Part shown: in pieces, positions 21,963-33,171 of the stretch
How positions within the stretch are numbered: the first letter of the stretch is position 1
How the letters are laid out: each line of letters begins with the position of its first letter
Assembly: GCA_963706595.1 (NCBI GenBank)
Contig: OY970166.1
Location: 288,001 to 352,000 of the forward strand
Length of the DNA stretch: 64,000 bases
Direction of reading: 5' to 3'
Origin: an uncultured cyanobacterium
Lineage (GTDB): Bacteria > Cyanobacteriota > Cyanobacteriia > Cyanobacteriales > Nostocaceae
Position numbers and translations under genes: made by a program
Notes under the pieces: generated by a model
Seen by the model: only the letters and a program-made list of their open reading frames with translations
What the model was told of the DNA's origin: nothing
Database searches by the model: none

Positions 21963-22871
21963 ATGGTAAATTTTGGGCTGAACTCAGCCAGCGTTCTGGC
22001 TCAAGTCAATTTTGGGACGAACTCAGCCAGTATTCTAGGAATTTTCCTGGCTGTGTCTGGGGCAGCACTGTATTTTCTCCGCACTGTGCGTCCAGAACTG
22101 TCACGAGATCAAGATATCTTTTTTGCAGCTGTGGGCTTACTCTGCGGCTTCATTCTCATTTTCCAAGGATGGCGTTTAGACCCGATTTTGCAATTTAATC
22201 AGCTGCTGTTAGTTGGTTCAACTGTGTTTTTTGCGGTTGAAAGTATTCGTTTGCGAGGTATCGCTACTCAACAAGCTAAACGTAATACTCCCATTGTGGA
22301 CGACGAGCGAGAGGTCAGCAGAAACTATTCTTACAATCGCAGGGGATATGAGGCTGAGGTAGAGGATGATCTAGAACCACTACCTTATGAAGAGGAAGAA
22401 CCACCTGTACGTCCTCGGATTCGAGGTAGTAGGGATACTCGTTCTTCTCGTGATGACTACTACGAGGAGCAACCCCCACGTCGTCCAGAACGCCGCAGTA
22501 GTAGGGAAAGACCAGAAACAGGAGCAACAAGCCGTCGTCCTAGTTCTAGCCGTCCTGTGAGCCGTAATCCTGAGAGTTTTGAGCAAGAAGATTGGAGTGC
22601 TTCTAGTAGACCAGTTGATGATTGGGAAAATCCAGAAGGGGAAGTGAGAAAATCTTCTCGTCGTAGCAGTAATAGACCACCACGCCCAGATACTCCAGAC
22701 CAGGATATCCCGCCCAGAACCAGAAAGCGCCGCCCACCGGCTGACTCAAGTTCTCGGAGACCGCGTGAGGATGATGATGCTATACCAACTGAATACGTAC
22801 CATATAACCCGATCGAAAAACCCAGTCAGGAGCCAGATAATTCGACTGACTTTGATGATGGTATGATTTAG
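21963..22871 (+). CDS. ycf66: Ycf66 family protein
   Basis: LYFLRTVRPELSRDQDIFF..GWRLDPILQF plus R/P/E-rich tail; follows psbX. Confidence 0.93.
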   Translation: MVNFGLNSASVLAQVNFGTNSASILGIFLAVSGAALYFLRTVRPELSRDQDIFFAAVGLLCGFILIFQGWRLDPILQFNQLLLVGSTVFFAVESIRLRGIATQQAKRNTPIVDDEREVSRNYSYNRRGYEAEVEDDLEPLPYEEEEPPVRPRIRGSRDTRSSRDDYYEEQPPRRPERRSSRERPETGATSRRPSSSRPVSRNPESFEQEDWSASSRPVDDWENPEGEVRKSSRRSSNRPPRPDTPDQDIPPRTRKRRPPADSSSRRPREDDDAIPTEYVPYNPIEKPSQEPDNSTDFDDGMI

Positions 22872-22918
22872 AACTTTTGGGTGAGAATTAGGTCTGAAGG
22901 CGATGGAAAACAATTGAG

Positions 22919-23470
22919 GTGAAAAGACTTACGCCTAGATGTTGGCTCCAAAAACCAATTCATTGGAGCCTGGTTTTTAGCTTTGCTAGTTTATTGTTAT
23001 CTTGTAGTTCTAACGAAATACCCATAGGGTCTATTTCTCTCAACAGTCGCTACACTGAAGAGCAACCAGCGTTAAGTGGAAATGGGCGCTTTTTAGCGTT
23101 TATATCGAATCGCAATGGTAGTCACCAATTGTTGATCTATGATTTGACAGAACAACGATTGGTTCGCACCCCAGGTTTAAATAGACCCCGAACAATTACT
23201 GAAAGTCCGAGTTTGAGTTATACGGGGCGTTATATTGCTTATCTTACAAGTGAGCAAGGTAGACCTGTGGTGGCACTTTATGATCGCGCTACGCAAAAGT
23301 CACAAATTATTACTCCTACTTATCGCGGTTGGGTGAGAAATCCGGGAATTAGCCCAGATGGACGTTTTGTTGTGTTTGAAACCGCTAGCCGTGGTCAGTG
23401 GGATATTGAAGTTTTAGACCGGGGACCGAATATTGAGTTAGATATTCCCAGTGGTGCAAGTGTCAATTAA
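22919..23470 (+). CDS. TolB-like (PD40 repeat) lipoprotein
   Basis: Lipobox LLLSC; PALSGNGRFLAFISNR and PGISPDGRFVVF repeats. Confidence 0.85.
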   Translation: MKRLTPRCWLQKPIHWSLVFSFASLLLSCSSNEIPIGSISLNSRYTEEQPALSGNGRFLAFISNRNGSHQLLIYDLTEQRLVRTPGLNRPRTITESPSLSYTGRYIAYLTSEQGRPVVALYDRATQKSQIITPTYRGWVRNPGISPDGRFVVFETASRGQWDIEVLDRGPNIELDIPSGASVN

Positions 23471-23634
23471 TTTTTTCGTTTTGTAGAGACGCGATTTATC
23501 GCTGCTGCGATTTATCGCGTCTGCTATTTAAGAGGCACTACACCATGCAAGCGATCGCCAAGAAATGGTATTAGTTATAAGCTGTTGGTCTTATGACCAT
23601 TGACTAATGACTAATGACTAATGACCATTGACTA

Positions 23635-24165
23635 ATGACTAATAAAACTATTTTTATACCTATATTTGTTGCGAGCTTGGCTTTATTAGGTGGTTGTGTT
23701 GGTTATCCTCGCCTAGCAAATTATCCTTTTGATCCTGGTGGTCGGAGTCTTAACAGTCCAGCTTCGGAACTAAACCCCCAAATTTCTGGAAGATATATTG
23801 TTTTTACAAGCGATCGCCGGGGTAGTCAAGATGTATATATGTTTGATACACTGACTCGCAGTTTGGTAGATTTACCCGGTTTAAATGCTTTAGATACCAT
23901 CGCCTCTCATCCTAGTGTGGCTGAAAATGGTCGCTATGTTGTTTTTGCGGCTAGTCGTCAGGGGCGATCTACTATTTTTCTCTATGACCGAGAAACCAGA
24001 CAATCCAGAAATTTAACGAATAATTTGCAAGCGGAAGTCCGCAACCCCACTATTAGCGCTGATGGTCGGAGGATTGCGTTTGAGTATAGTAACAATGGGC
24101 AATGGGATGTTTTAGTTTATGAACAATCTGGACAAAGGTTGAATATAGCTCAAGATCCGCGTTAG
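23635..24165 (+). CDS. TolB-like (PD40 repeat) lipoprotein
   Basis: Lipobox LLGGC; GRYIVFTSDR, PTISADGRRIAF. Confidence 0.85.
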   Translation: MTNKTIFIPIFVASLALLGGCVGYPRLANYPFDPGGRSLNSPASELNPQISGRYIVFTSDRRGSQDVYMFDTLTRSLVDLPGLNALDTIASHPSVAENGRYVVFAASRQGRSTIFLYDRETRQSRNLTNNLQAEVRNPTISADGRRIAFEYSNNGQWDVLVYEQSGQRLNIAQDPR

Positions 24166-24232
24166 AGCTTAGAGGCTATTACTCTTATTTCTTCTCCCCA
24201 CTCCCCACTCCCTACTCCCTACTCCCTACTCC

Positions 24233-25240
24233 CTACTCCCCACTCCCCACTTCTTGCTGTACAGATTCGATGAGCGATCGCACTTGTTGAGTACCTTGGG
24301 AAGGTTCAAAGGAGAGTGGGAACTTACCCCTAACGATCATCCGCAAACCCAGAGGTGCAAGACTGAGTAATCCTTTGAGGTCTTTAAAATAGTTACCCAC
24401 AACTTGGATACCAAATTGACGTTCATCGATCCAACCACCTTCTTTGACTAAATCTACTAATACTTTGCGGTGGCGAATTGAACGACTGTCTTTGGCCTCT
24501 TTGCGTTGGAGAATTTCTTGTTTAATTTTCGTGATTTGCTCTAATGGTGCTACTTCCATTGGACAAACTGAATCACAGTAAAAACAACGAGTACAACCCC
24601 ACACTCCTTTAGTTCCTTCGTTATAACTTTCTAAGCGATTTTCAGTTTCACTATCACGAGAGTCGGCGACCATGCGAAAGGCTTTAGCCAAAGCATGAGG
24701 GCCAACAAAATCTGGATTAACTTCACGAGCATTACATTCAGAGTAGCAAGCACCACACATAATACAATTGCCAGTCTGATCAAGACGCGATCGCTCCTGT
24801 GGTGTTTGTAAAAATTCCCTTTCTGGAACCTGTCGCGCTGCTGTACTGACATAGGGAGCAACTGCATCGAGATGATTCCAGAAACTACTCATGTCTACAA
24901 CCAAATCTTTAATCACGGGCATATTACCCAGAGGAGCTACTGTAATTTCCCGAATAGGGTTGGCGTTATTCTCCAAAGCATTAATTTGTGGTAATCTAGC
25001 TAGTTCACTACCCACATTTTCCTTACAAGCTAAAGCTGAACGCCCATTTATTCGCATAGCACAGCTACCACAAATTGTATTGCGACAATTTTTGCGGAAA
25101 GCGAGTGTTCCATCTTGTTCCCACTTAATTTGATTGAGGCAATCTAAGATTGTATTGCCAGAATCCACCTCTAAAAGGTAAGTTTGTACAACAGGAGAAG
25201 AATTTTGTTGCTGCCGAATGATCTTAAATATAACTTCCAT
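24233..25240 (-). CDS. sdhB: Succinate dehydrogenase iron-sulfur subunit
   Basis: CRNTICGSC, CIMCGACYSEC, CTRCFYCDSVCP; start re-called to MEVIF. Confidence 0.95.
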   Translation of the reverse strand: MEVIFKIIRQQQNSSPVVQTYLLEVDSGNTILDCLNQIKWEQDGTLAFRKNCRNTICGSCAMRINGRSALACKENVGSELARLPQINALENNANPIREITVAPLGNMPVIKDLVVDMSSFWNHLDAVAPYVSTAARQVPEREFLQTPQERSRLDQTGNCIMCGACYSECNAREVNPDFVGPHALAKAFRMVADSRDSETENRLESYNEGTKGVWGCTRCFYCDSVCPMEVAPLEQITKIKQEILQRKEAKDSRSIRHRKVLVDLVKEGGWIDERQFGIQVVGNYFKDLKGLLSLAPLGLRMIVRGKFPLSFEPSQGTQQVRSLIESVQQEVGSGE

Positions 25241-26634
25241 TATCACTAACCTAAATCTTAAAATTAGATCACCAGCCTCAGAAATCGTGAGTAAAGGCTG
25301 CTGGTTGCACAAATTGAGCTATACTCTTGTAGCCCTGCATTCCCAGCCAAGTGTTAATAGGCTGATGATCACAGAGCAACTGATTCTAGTTTAAGGATAA
25401 CCATTAAAATTTAATTTGAAGAAGTGCTACAAGTGATATTATTGTCAAGCTCCAAAACCAAAGTCAAATCAGCTAATGGTAGCTGGAGCGTTTAACTGAC
25501 TTGTTTGGCAGTACAACCGCAAGTAGGTTGAGCAGGAGAAAGACCTACGTTCATTTCCTCCATAGTCAAGATATCCAAAGGAAATACAGTAATGTTTCTC
25601 AATATATCTTGATGCTAAGAGCAATGGGAGCCATTGGTGGTAAAAATCCCTGTTCTAGTCGAAAAGGGGGAATTTTTTGTGGAGATAGAAGTGCTAAACC
25701 TGTTGATAAACATCTGGTGACAATCAAGCATTTGGAAAATATGGGAAAATTTATTCTTCCCAAAGACAGACGTATATAATGGTCGCCCGCTTTTTGTCTC
25801 ATGACCATAAACCAGCAGAACAAACCTCAGTTAGTTTTGTCTGTAGGAAATCCAGGAAATCTGGAATTTAACTCATTTGTCAAAACTGCTCGTCTAAATC
25901 TAGATTAATTTTTATAAAAGCCATGCTGCAATACTCACTAGGGCAATAAAGCATGAGGAAAATCTTTACCGCTTTTTGCCTCCCCAAGGTTAGATATTTA
26001 GATTAAAGTCTATCTGCAAGTTAAATTCAAAACTAAACAATTATTTTGCTATTATTAGTTCATGCTAGTATTTAATATAAAATTACGAAGTAACAAATCC
26101 AGTACCAATAGCTGCATAAGCATGGTTAATGCTGCTTTGTTAATTCGTAATGTGGAGACAAGAAAATTCATGTCTCTACAGGCAGGACAAAGGTGTATGT
26201 CCGGAAGAGCCTATTCAAATACTATGCTGTCCTGGGCTGGAGAGTTAGAGTAGGAAAAACCTAACAACTCAAGGGCAATAAAGGCCAGCACTGAAAGTTG
26301 AAAGCCTGCAATTTATTGGGTCTACGACTTATTTGTAGTAGAACTCAAACCCATTGTGAAGGTGGCTGAAATTTACACCGCTACAGTCACGTCAAAAGAG
26401 AAAATCAATTGATTTTCAATGGCGAGTAATGGTTAGAAGTGCCGTAAAATCACCTAAATTAATGTTGGTGGCCACCATGACCTCTAATTTGTTGCGGTTG
26501 ACCATAATATAGGCGCTTGTAACTCAACCTATCAGCAGGAATTTATCCCCCATAGTAGGGTCATGAGTAGTCAAATACTGGCATGAAACAACTTCGTTTA
26601 TCAGTTTGGAGAGAGTAAGGAAAATTTGAGCGTA

Positions 26635-27066
26635 ATGACTGAAACTGCAACCGCACCATTAACTGGAAAAGCATTGCTTGCTAAGGTAAAAGAACTTTCT
26701 AATTTACCTCGTAGAGAAAGAGCCAAGCAGTGCGGCTACTACACCGTTACTAAGAATAATCAAGTTCGCGTTAATCTCACAGATTTTTATGATGCTTTGC
26801 TATCGGCTAGAGGTATTCCCCTTAGTCCAGAGGCTCCTAAAGATGGTCGTGGAAGAGAACCGACATATCGAGTCAGCGTTCACCAAAACGGTCAAATTGT
26901 AATTGGTGCTACCTACACTAAGGCAATGAACTTAAAGCCAGGAGATGAGTTTGAAATCAGACTGGGATATAAGCATATTCACTTGATTCAACTTGGTGAA
27001 ACCGATAAAAAAGCCACCTCTGAAGATATCGACGCTGAAGAATCAGATGAAGATGTAGATGAATAA
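26635..27066 (+). CDS. Cyanobacterial AbrB-like transcriptional regulator (CalA type)
   Basis: LTGKALLAKVKEL..AKQCGY, GREPTYRVSVHQNGQIVIGATYT. Confidence 0.93.
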   Translation: MTETATAPLTGKALLAKVKELSNLPRRERAKQCGYYTVTKNNQVRVNLTDFYDALLSARGIPLSPEAPKDGRGREPTYRVSVHQNGQIVIGATYTKAMNLKPGDEFEIRLGYKHIHLIQLGETDKKATSEDIDAEESDEDVDE

Positions 27067-27240
27067 GAGTAAGTTTGCTGATGGTGAAGGCTTGATAACT
27101 CATTGCTAGCACTACAGCTAACAGCTAATTTTCTTGGCTGAAATTTTGTAAGATTGTAAAAATACGATTAGACCCCTTGCAGAAGTCACAGATTCTAGTA
27201 GAGTCTTGATTAATAAGCAAGCAGTCTATCGTGTTTTTTT

Positions 27241-28095
27241 ATGTCTATTTTGATAAATATAGTCAATACGTTACGAATATTTATAGAAAACGCATCAGTT
27301 CCGGTTGTCGTGATCACATTTTTTATTGGCTGGATAGGATGCTGGTTGCCAATAGCAGCAGTAATAGTAATTAACCTGAATTGGCAACCTACCAAACCTT
27401 TACAGCCAGAACAAAAATTACCCTTATTAGTGCCACTTTATCTATTAGCCCCCTTGCTTCTCTGGGGCTTTATTTGGCTATCCCATAAATCTTTCTCAGA
27501 TTACGGCTTTGTGGGTAATGTTTCCCTGCTGGGTTCTTTAGCACTTGGTTTTGGTTTGGGAGTATTCAGCCTAGCAATTATGTTTATCTGCCAATTTTGG
27601 CTAGGCTGGTGCTATTTGGAGAAGTCAAATATCAAGTTGATACCATCCATTCTGCCAACTATTTTATTGGTAGCGTTGTTAGTTGGGGGTATAGAAGAGT
27701 TAGTTTTTCGGGGTTTCTTATTGACTGAATTAGAGCGTGATTACCCAGTATGGTTAGCTGCGGCAATTTCTAGCTTAATTTTTGCCCTGCTGCATTTAGT
27801 CTGGGAGCAACGGGAAACTAAACCCCAAATCCCTGGATTGTGGCTGATGGGAATGATGCTGGTGTTGGCTAGGATTGCTGATGGTGGTAGTTTGGGTATG
27901 GCTTGGGGATTACACGCGGCTTTAGTGTGGGCGATCGCTACTGTAGATACAGCAGGATTGATTACTTATACTGGTAAAGCTGGGGAATGGTGGACTGGTA
28001 AAAACAAAAAACCCCTAGCTGGGGCGGCGGGAATTATTTGTGTGTTGGGAACTGGGTTAATTCTTTGGTTGCTTTCTAAGTATTTTTTAACTTAA
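27241..28095 (+). CDS. CPBP/CAAX family intramembrane metalloprotease
   Basis: EELVFRG, FALLH, AWGLH motifs. Confidence 0.92.
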   Translation: MSILINIVNTLRIFIENASVPVVVITFFIGWIGCWLPIAAVIVINLNWQPTKPLQPEQKLPLLVPLYLLAPLLLWGFIWLSHKSFSDYGFVGNVSLLGSLALGFGLGVFSLAIMFICQFWLGWCYLEKSNIKLIPSILPTILLVALLVGGIEELVFRGFLLTELERDYPVWLAAAISSLIFALLHLVWEQRETKPQIPGLWLMGMMLVLARIADGGSLGMAWGLHAALVWAIATVDTAGLITYTGKAGEWWTGKNKKPLAGAAGIICVLGTGLILWLLSKYFLT

Positions 28096-28287
28096 ATACC
28101 AGATATTTCCGGTTTGTAGCAAAATCAACATCAAAAAACCAAGCAAACTTTTTACTGGCATAGTATAAATAGTAAAAGCTTAATTAAGCAAGTTCACTAG
28201 CATAAGTAGAAAAAATGTAATAATTCTGGCTTGAACTTATGTAAAAATTAACTTAGTAAAAAATAAAGCCTGGGGTTAGTTGTCTAA

Positions 28288-28488
28288 ATGAACAACAATG
28301 AGCAAATCAAGATTTTGTTTCTGACAGCTGATCCTAGCGATGCGGCGCGATTACGCTTGGGACAAGAGTTGCGAGATATTCGTGAGAGGCTGCAACTAGC
28401 AAAAGAGCGAGATAGATTTGTTCTAGAATCCCGTGAGTCTGTACGTCCAGGGGATATCACTCCATTTTTCTGGACACGGGAAAAGTAA
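28288..28488 (+). pseudogene. Truncated N-terminal CHAT-domain fragment
   Basis: KILFLTADPSD..RLRLGQELRDI..VRPGDI then abrupt end before the catalytic His. Confidence 0.7.
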
Positions 28489-28654
28489 GTCAGAACAGTT
28501 GAAATACAGAGTTCACCCGCAGCTAATTTAAATCCTGGACAAAGGCGGCGATTAGTAAATCAGTTAAACAAAAGCCTTACAGCGTTCAATTAATAAGTTA
28601 CGAAATACCTATCGCAATATAGTTTCTGTTCATGAATGGCAAGCACTGGCAATA

Positions 28655-28837
28655 GTGCATCATTCTAAGCAGATAGAAAACCATCCAATATATCGGGGTC
28701 TATTATTTAAACTTTGTATTTTGGAATATTGCTATCTTGATAAAGAGGGAAGAAGTCAAGTTTGGTACGATATTCATCCCCTTATTAAAGAAATTAAACA
28801 ATTTCAGGCTGTTTTGAATCCATTATACCCGTTATAA
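28655..28837 (+). pseudogene. C-terminal fragment of a cyanobacterial P-loop ATPase
   Basis: LLFKLCILEY..WYDIHPLI resembles C-termini of such ATPases; no upstream body. Confidence 0.55.
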
Positions 28838-28988
28838 ATATGTAATTTACTTTCTGGTATGAATACTTGTTACCTAGAAATAAACACATTAAGACCAGGA
28901 CAGCGACAGGTAGATATAAAAACATTTTGAATATTTGTAAGTGCGATCGCGCCATTAAAGCCAACGCGATCGCTAAATCATCCATTCT

Positions 28989-29942
28989 TTAACTAATGAA
29001 ATGCAGATGGCTGATGACCGTACTAATCAGATTATGGGTGATAGGGAGGCTATCTATCACCATACCCAAACACAACAGCATCATGTAAGAGATGGAATAG
29101 AGAAACAACTCTCTAGCTACAATGCGATCCTCTGGGTTGTGTAACAAACGCCAAGATTTGTGAACAAATAATCCTCCCAGACTCACAGCGATCGCTCCAT
29201 AGACAAATCCACTGGCGTGCAAGGGATAAACTAGTAACACCGTAGCTGCGACTGTCACCAGTGTGTAATACCAAATCTGCTTGACGGTTGCTATATCACC
29301 CTCAACTACAGGTAACATGGGGATGCCAACTTTGGCGTAATCATCCCGAATCATCAGCGCTAACGCCCAGAAATGGGGAGGTGTCCAGAGAAAGACTATG
29401 GCAAAAATTAACCATGCTGCCCAGCTTAAAGTCCCTGTGACAGCAGCCCAACCCACTAACGCCGGAATTGCTCCTGCGGCTCCACCAATAACAATATTTT
29501 GAGTGCTGTGGCGTTTCAACCAGTGGGTGTAGATCAAAATATAGAAGACAATACCGGAGAATGCTAGACAAGCAGCTAGTAAATTTGCGAATACTGCTAG
29601 TAGTGTAAAAGACATCACAGCTAAAGCGATCGCAAAAATTAAGGCATCACGAGGCTGCACCTTACCCGAAGGGATTGGACGATGACGCGTCCGTTCCATA
29701 TCATAGTCAATATCCCGATCATAAATACAGTTAATTGTCTGGGCGCTAGCAGCAGCCAAAGTACCACCAGTAAGAGTTACTAGCAGTAACAATGGGTCTA
29801 CTTGTCCGTGTGCAGCAATCCACATACTTCCAGCCGTAGTAATCAACAGCAACGGAATAATCCGGGGCTTTGTGAGTTGATAGTAGCTTTGGATAACTTG
29901 GAGAAGTGTTTGGTGGTGGCGAGAGACATTAGTCTCAATCAT
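28989..29942 (-). CDS. ctaB: Protoheme IX farnesyltransferase (heme O synthase)
   Basis: [37 protein letters not shown]. Confidence 0.97.
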   Translation of the reverse strand: MIETNVSRHHQTLLQVIQSYYQLTKPRIIPLLLITTAGSMWIAAHGQVDPLLLLVTLTGGTLAAASAQTINCIYDRDIDYDMERTRHRPIPSGKVQPRDALIFAIALAVMSFTLLAVFANLLAACLAFSGIVFYILIYTHWLKRHSTQNIVIGGAAGAIPALVGWAAVTGTLSWAAWLIFAIVFLWTPPHFWALALMIRDDYAKVGIPMLPVVEGDIATVKQIWYYTLVTVAATVLLVYPLHASGFVYGAIAVSLGGLFVHKSWRLLHNPEDRIVARELFLYSISYMMLLCLGMVIDSLPITHNLISTVISHLHFIS

Positions 29943-30345
29943 TTTGGCTCTTGTTCCTTATTTTTCAACAACTTTTATGCGGCGGCGGCTCATACTGAGT
30001 TGACATTAAAAATAGTTACTGAGACTAAGGGAGGATGAGGAAGATGAGGAGAATGGAGAAGATGAGGAAGATTTAGACTTCGGCGTAAGCGCAGTCGATA
30101 GCTTGCGTGATGTAACCATACTTTCCCTGATCTTCCCTTGCTCCCTCATATCCCCCGACTCAGACTGACTGGTGAAAGTCGAAACTTTTTTAGGGGCGCA
30201 CGCGGTTTTGGTTTTTATGGTTTTACCACTTCTAGACGTTCGGGTTTGTTGCTAGATTTGATGTCAAGTTCCTTTGACCACTAAATAACTCATAGCTAAT
30301 TGCCATTAGTCATCAGTAACCTAGAAAAAACAAACCTGAATTAAT

Positions 30346-31329
30346 TTAGGCATTCGATCCATTTGCTGGTGTACTGCTAACAGTTGCTGTTGAACCAACA
30401 GGGAAAGCGTTTATTTCACGGGTCATAGCCCAGTCACGCAGCGCTAGAACTGTAAAAGCGACTAAAGTACCCAGCAAAACTGCCCCGACAGTCTGGTGAG
30501 AAACTGTCAAAAGCTCGACTTGAAGATGTAACCGGAAGGTGGCAATTCCCAAAACTATTTGTAACAGCAATAACCCACCAGCCAGATTTGCCAGTCGCCG
30601 CAAAGTTGGATGCAGTGCTGGTGTCCGTCGGGAGATGAATACCACTGCCAAAGTAGCCACAGTTGGCGGTACTAAGCCAAAAATATGGCTATACATCACA
30701 TTACAAAGCTGAGAATCTCCAAAGCATTGGTGTAAAGCCCAACGAGACCCTACTAAAGCACCGAGTATACTTTGCAGGTAAACAAAAATCACGGCACTTA
30801 AACCCAACCAAGGTAACTTACCAACAGTACCAGTTCCTTGATAGGGTGTGAGGGCGATGCCGACAATCAGTAGGGTAGTGAAAAACAACAGCGCCGTTCC
30901 CAAATGGGCGGTAACAATATCAAACCGCAACAGTTGAGTGACGGTGAGTCCTCCCAAAATACCTTGGAAGACGATTAAAAACAGGGCAAATGTGGATGCC
31001 CAAGGTAGCCAAGTGGGTAAAAAACGCCGATGCCACCAGGATAAACCAGCTAAGGCGATCGCGCTTAAACCAATTAACCCGGCATCCAATCTGTGAAACC
31101 ACTCCAAGAAAACTTGAAGATTCATTTGCTTGGCTGGTACCAGTTCCCCGTAGCATAATGGCCAATCTGGGCAAGCCAGCCCAGCATTCATCACACGGGT
31201 GGCACTGCCTATGGCCATCAAAATCAAGGTGGCTATGCATATTTTCCACACCAAGCGACGAATTACTTCCTTGGGCTTTCGCTGCTCAGTTGCCGCTTCA
31301 TTTTGTTGTTCTAGGACAAATTCATTCAT
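30346..31329 (-). CDS. ctaA: Heme A synthase (COX15/CtaA)
   Basis: AGLACPDWPLCYG, EWFHRL. Confidence 0.96.
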   Translation of the reverse strand: MNEFVLEQQNEAATEQRKPKEVIRRLVWKICIATLILMAIGSATRVMNAGLACPDWPLCYGELVPAKQMNLQVFLEWFHRLDAGLIGLSAIALAGLSWWHRRFLPTWLPWASTFALFLIVFQGILGGLTVTQLLRFDIVTAHLGTALLFFTTLLIVGIALTPYQGTGTVGKLPWLGLSAVIFVYLQSILGALVGSRWALHQCFGDSQLCNVMYSHIFGLVPPTVATLAVVFISRRTPALHPTLRRLANLAGGLLLLQIVLGIATFRLHLQVELLTVSHQTVGAVLLGTLVAFTVLALRDWAMTREINAFPVGSTATVSSTPANGSNA

Positions 31330-31733
31330 GAACAGTACCTTCCACCCGTTCTTAGTGGTAGCTCTCTTAAAATTTTCAATTTTTAGTAACGACCCATCTA
31401 CACCCTAACGTATGAGCCAGAGTTTAAAAGATTGGCTTGCACTTATACTTTGGATCACTCCAGCTACTTTTAGCCGGAGCTTTAGGTATTTTTTAAGTTA
31501 TCAGCAATTGATAAATGAGAATTAATTTTGCTAACCTCAAATTTTTGGCAATTATTCTCCGCATTTATGTTGACTTTTGGCAGTATCCAATAAATCTCTT
31601 GTACCCAAAATTAGTAAACTAGCTGGAAAAATTAATAAAATCTTAAAACCATGAGACTCCAGATTTTATTACCTGCACTACCTTAGTAAGTGAGTAGCAT
31701 AGAGATAACGTAGTAAATTCATTTAAGTAAACC

Positions 31734-32828
31734 GTGAAGATTCCAAGTTCCATCTGGACACTACTAATTGGTGTCGTACTAACGCTATTAAGCCTTTGGT
31801 ACGGTCAAAATCACGGTCTGTTACCAGTAGCCGCCACAGACGAAGCCGTTCTAGTGGATGGTCTGTTTAACACGATGATGATCGTTTCCACAGGTATATT
31901 CTTACTTGTCGAAGGTATTTTGATTTACTCTGCAATTAAATATCGTCGGCGAGCAGGTGATAACGACGATGGGCCAGCAATTGAGGGCAACGTACCTTTA
32001 GAAATTCTCTGGACGGCGATCCCAGCAATTATCGTTCTCGGTATTTCTGTTTATAGCTTTGAAGTGTACAACGACATCGGCGGCTTTGATCCTCACTCTG
32101 TTCATGAAGCCCCGATGACTCAGGAATCCATGACAATGCCGGGATCTGCGATCGCCGCAACTTTAAGCGATACCCCTCCCAGCACAGGCTCCAACCTGAA
32201 TCAGGAAAAGTCTGATCAGGCAATGGAAGACCCAGCCACCGCAGCAGTCCGCAATGCTGACCAAATTCCCCAAAAACGCAATGCGCCTGGGGTGGGTAGT
32301 GTGGCTCCCACAATTGGGGGTAGTCCCGAAAGAGCAGGTTTACCACCAGAATTACGAGTTAATATCACTGGTTTACAATATGCGTGGATTTTCACCTATC
32401 CTGATACAGGCATAACTACAGGTGAGATGCACGTTCCCGTGGGTCGGGAAGTCCAAATTAACATGACCGCCAATGATGTTATCCATGCTTTTTGGGTTCC
32501 AGAATTCCGCTTGAAGCAAGATGCTATCCCCGGTAGACAAAGCGAAATTAGATTCACCCCCAGAATAGCTGGTACTTACGACCTGATTTGTGCTGAACTT
32601 TGTGGCCCTTACCACGGAGCGATGAGAAGCCAAATAGTGGTAGAAACCCAAGAAGCTTATGACGCTTGGATGACAGAACAATTAGTTGCTAGCGGCGAAA
32701 CACTAAATCAAGCCGTGGCTGTAAATTCTGCGGATTTATCCCCAGATGAATTTCTAACTCATTACACTAAGGACATGGGGATTAAACCAGAAATGCTACA
32801 TCATATGCACCAAATGAGTGTGGAGTAA
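31734..32828 (+). CDS. coxB: Cytochrome c oxidase subunit II
   Basis: DVIHAFWVP, CAELCGPYHGAM CuA site. Confidence 0.97.
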   Translation: MKIPSSIWTLLIGVVLTLLSLWYGQNHGLLPVAATDEAVLVDGLFNTMMIVSTGIFLLVEGILIYSAIKYRRRAGDNDDGPAIEGNVPLEILWTAIPAIIVLGISVYSFEVYNDIGGFDPHSVHEAPMTQESMTMPGSAIAATLSDTPPSTGSNLNQEKSDQAMEDPATAAVRNADQIPQKRNAPGVGSVAPTIGGSPERAGLPPELRVNITGLQYAWIFTYPDTGITTGEMHVPVGREVQINMTANDVIHAFWVPEFRLKQDAIPGRQSEIRFTPRIAGTYDLICAELCGPYHGAMRSQIVVETQEAYDAWMTEQLVASGETLNQAVAVNSADLSPDEFLTHYTKDMGIKPEMLHHMHQMSVE

Positions 32829-32865
32829 AAAGTGCTGCTAGCTGAGTTAGGGGTTAATCTCTGAC

Positions 32866-33045
32866 CGAAAAAATGGGATACAAGCCCCGTCTTTTTAAGA
32901 CGGCTTTCTGGTCAAATATGTATAGTCGCCATAGGGCATTGGGAGACTTTAAACGAACGTCGAGGGATGGTAAGACTATTTCGATAGCACAACCCAATGA
33001 AGCGTTAAGGAATCCTCTCTCCTTCAGGAAGAGGAGGTATGTCAC
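32866..33045 (+). mobile_element. Non-autonomous IS200/IS605-type mini-element (left end + TnpB-like omega/reRNA scaffold + right end), copy 1
   Basis: Near-identical second copy at 62079-62285; subterminal hairpins at both ends; preceded by TGAC; ends GTATGTCAC; no terminal inverted repeats or target duplication. Confidence 0.8.
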
Positions 33046-33171
33046 TACGCTGACAATACCAAGCAAAAAATTCATGGTCATTCAGTCCTGAGAAACAACT
33101 AGGGAACACCAAAAAATTAATTTCCCGAATGACTAATGACCAATGACTAATGACTAATGACTAATTAACTT

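Noticed and set aside
32854..33091. ORFs 32854-33081, 32873-33091 and 62118-62318
   Set aside because: Chance frames across the non-coding mini-element; no TnpA or TnpB motifs
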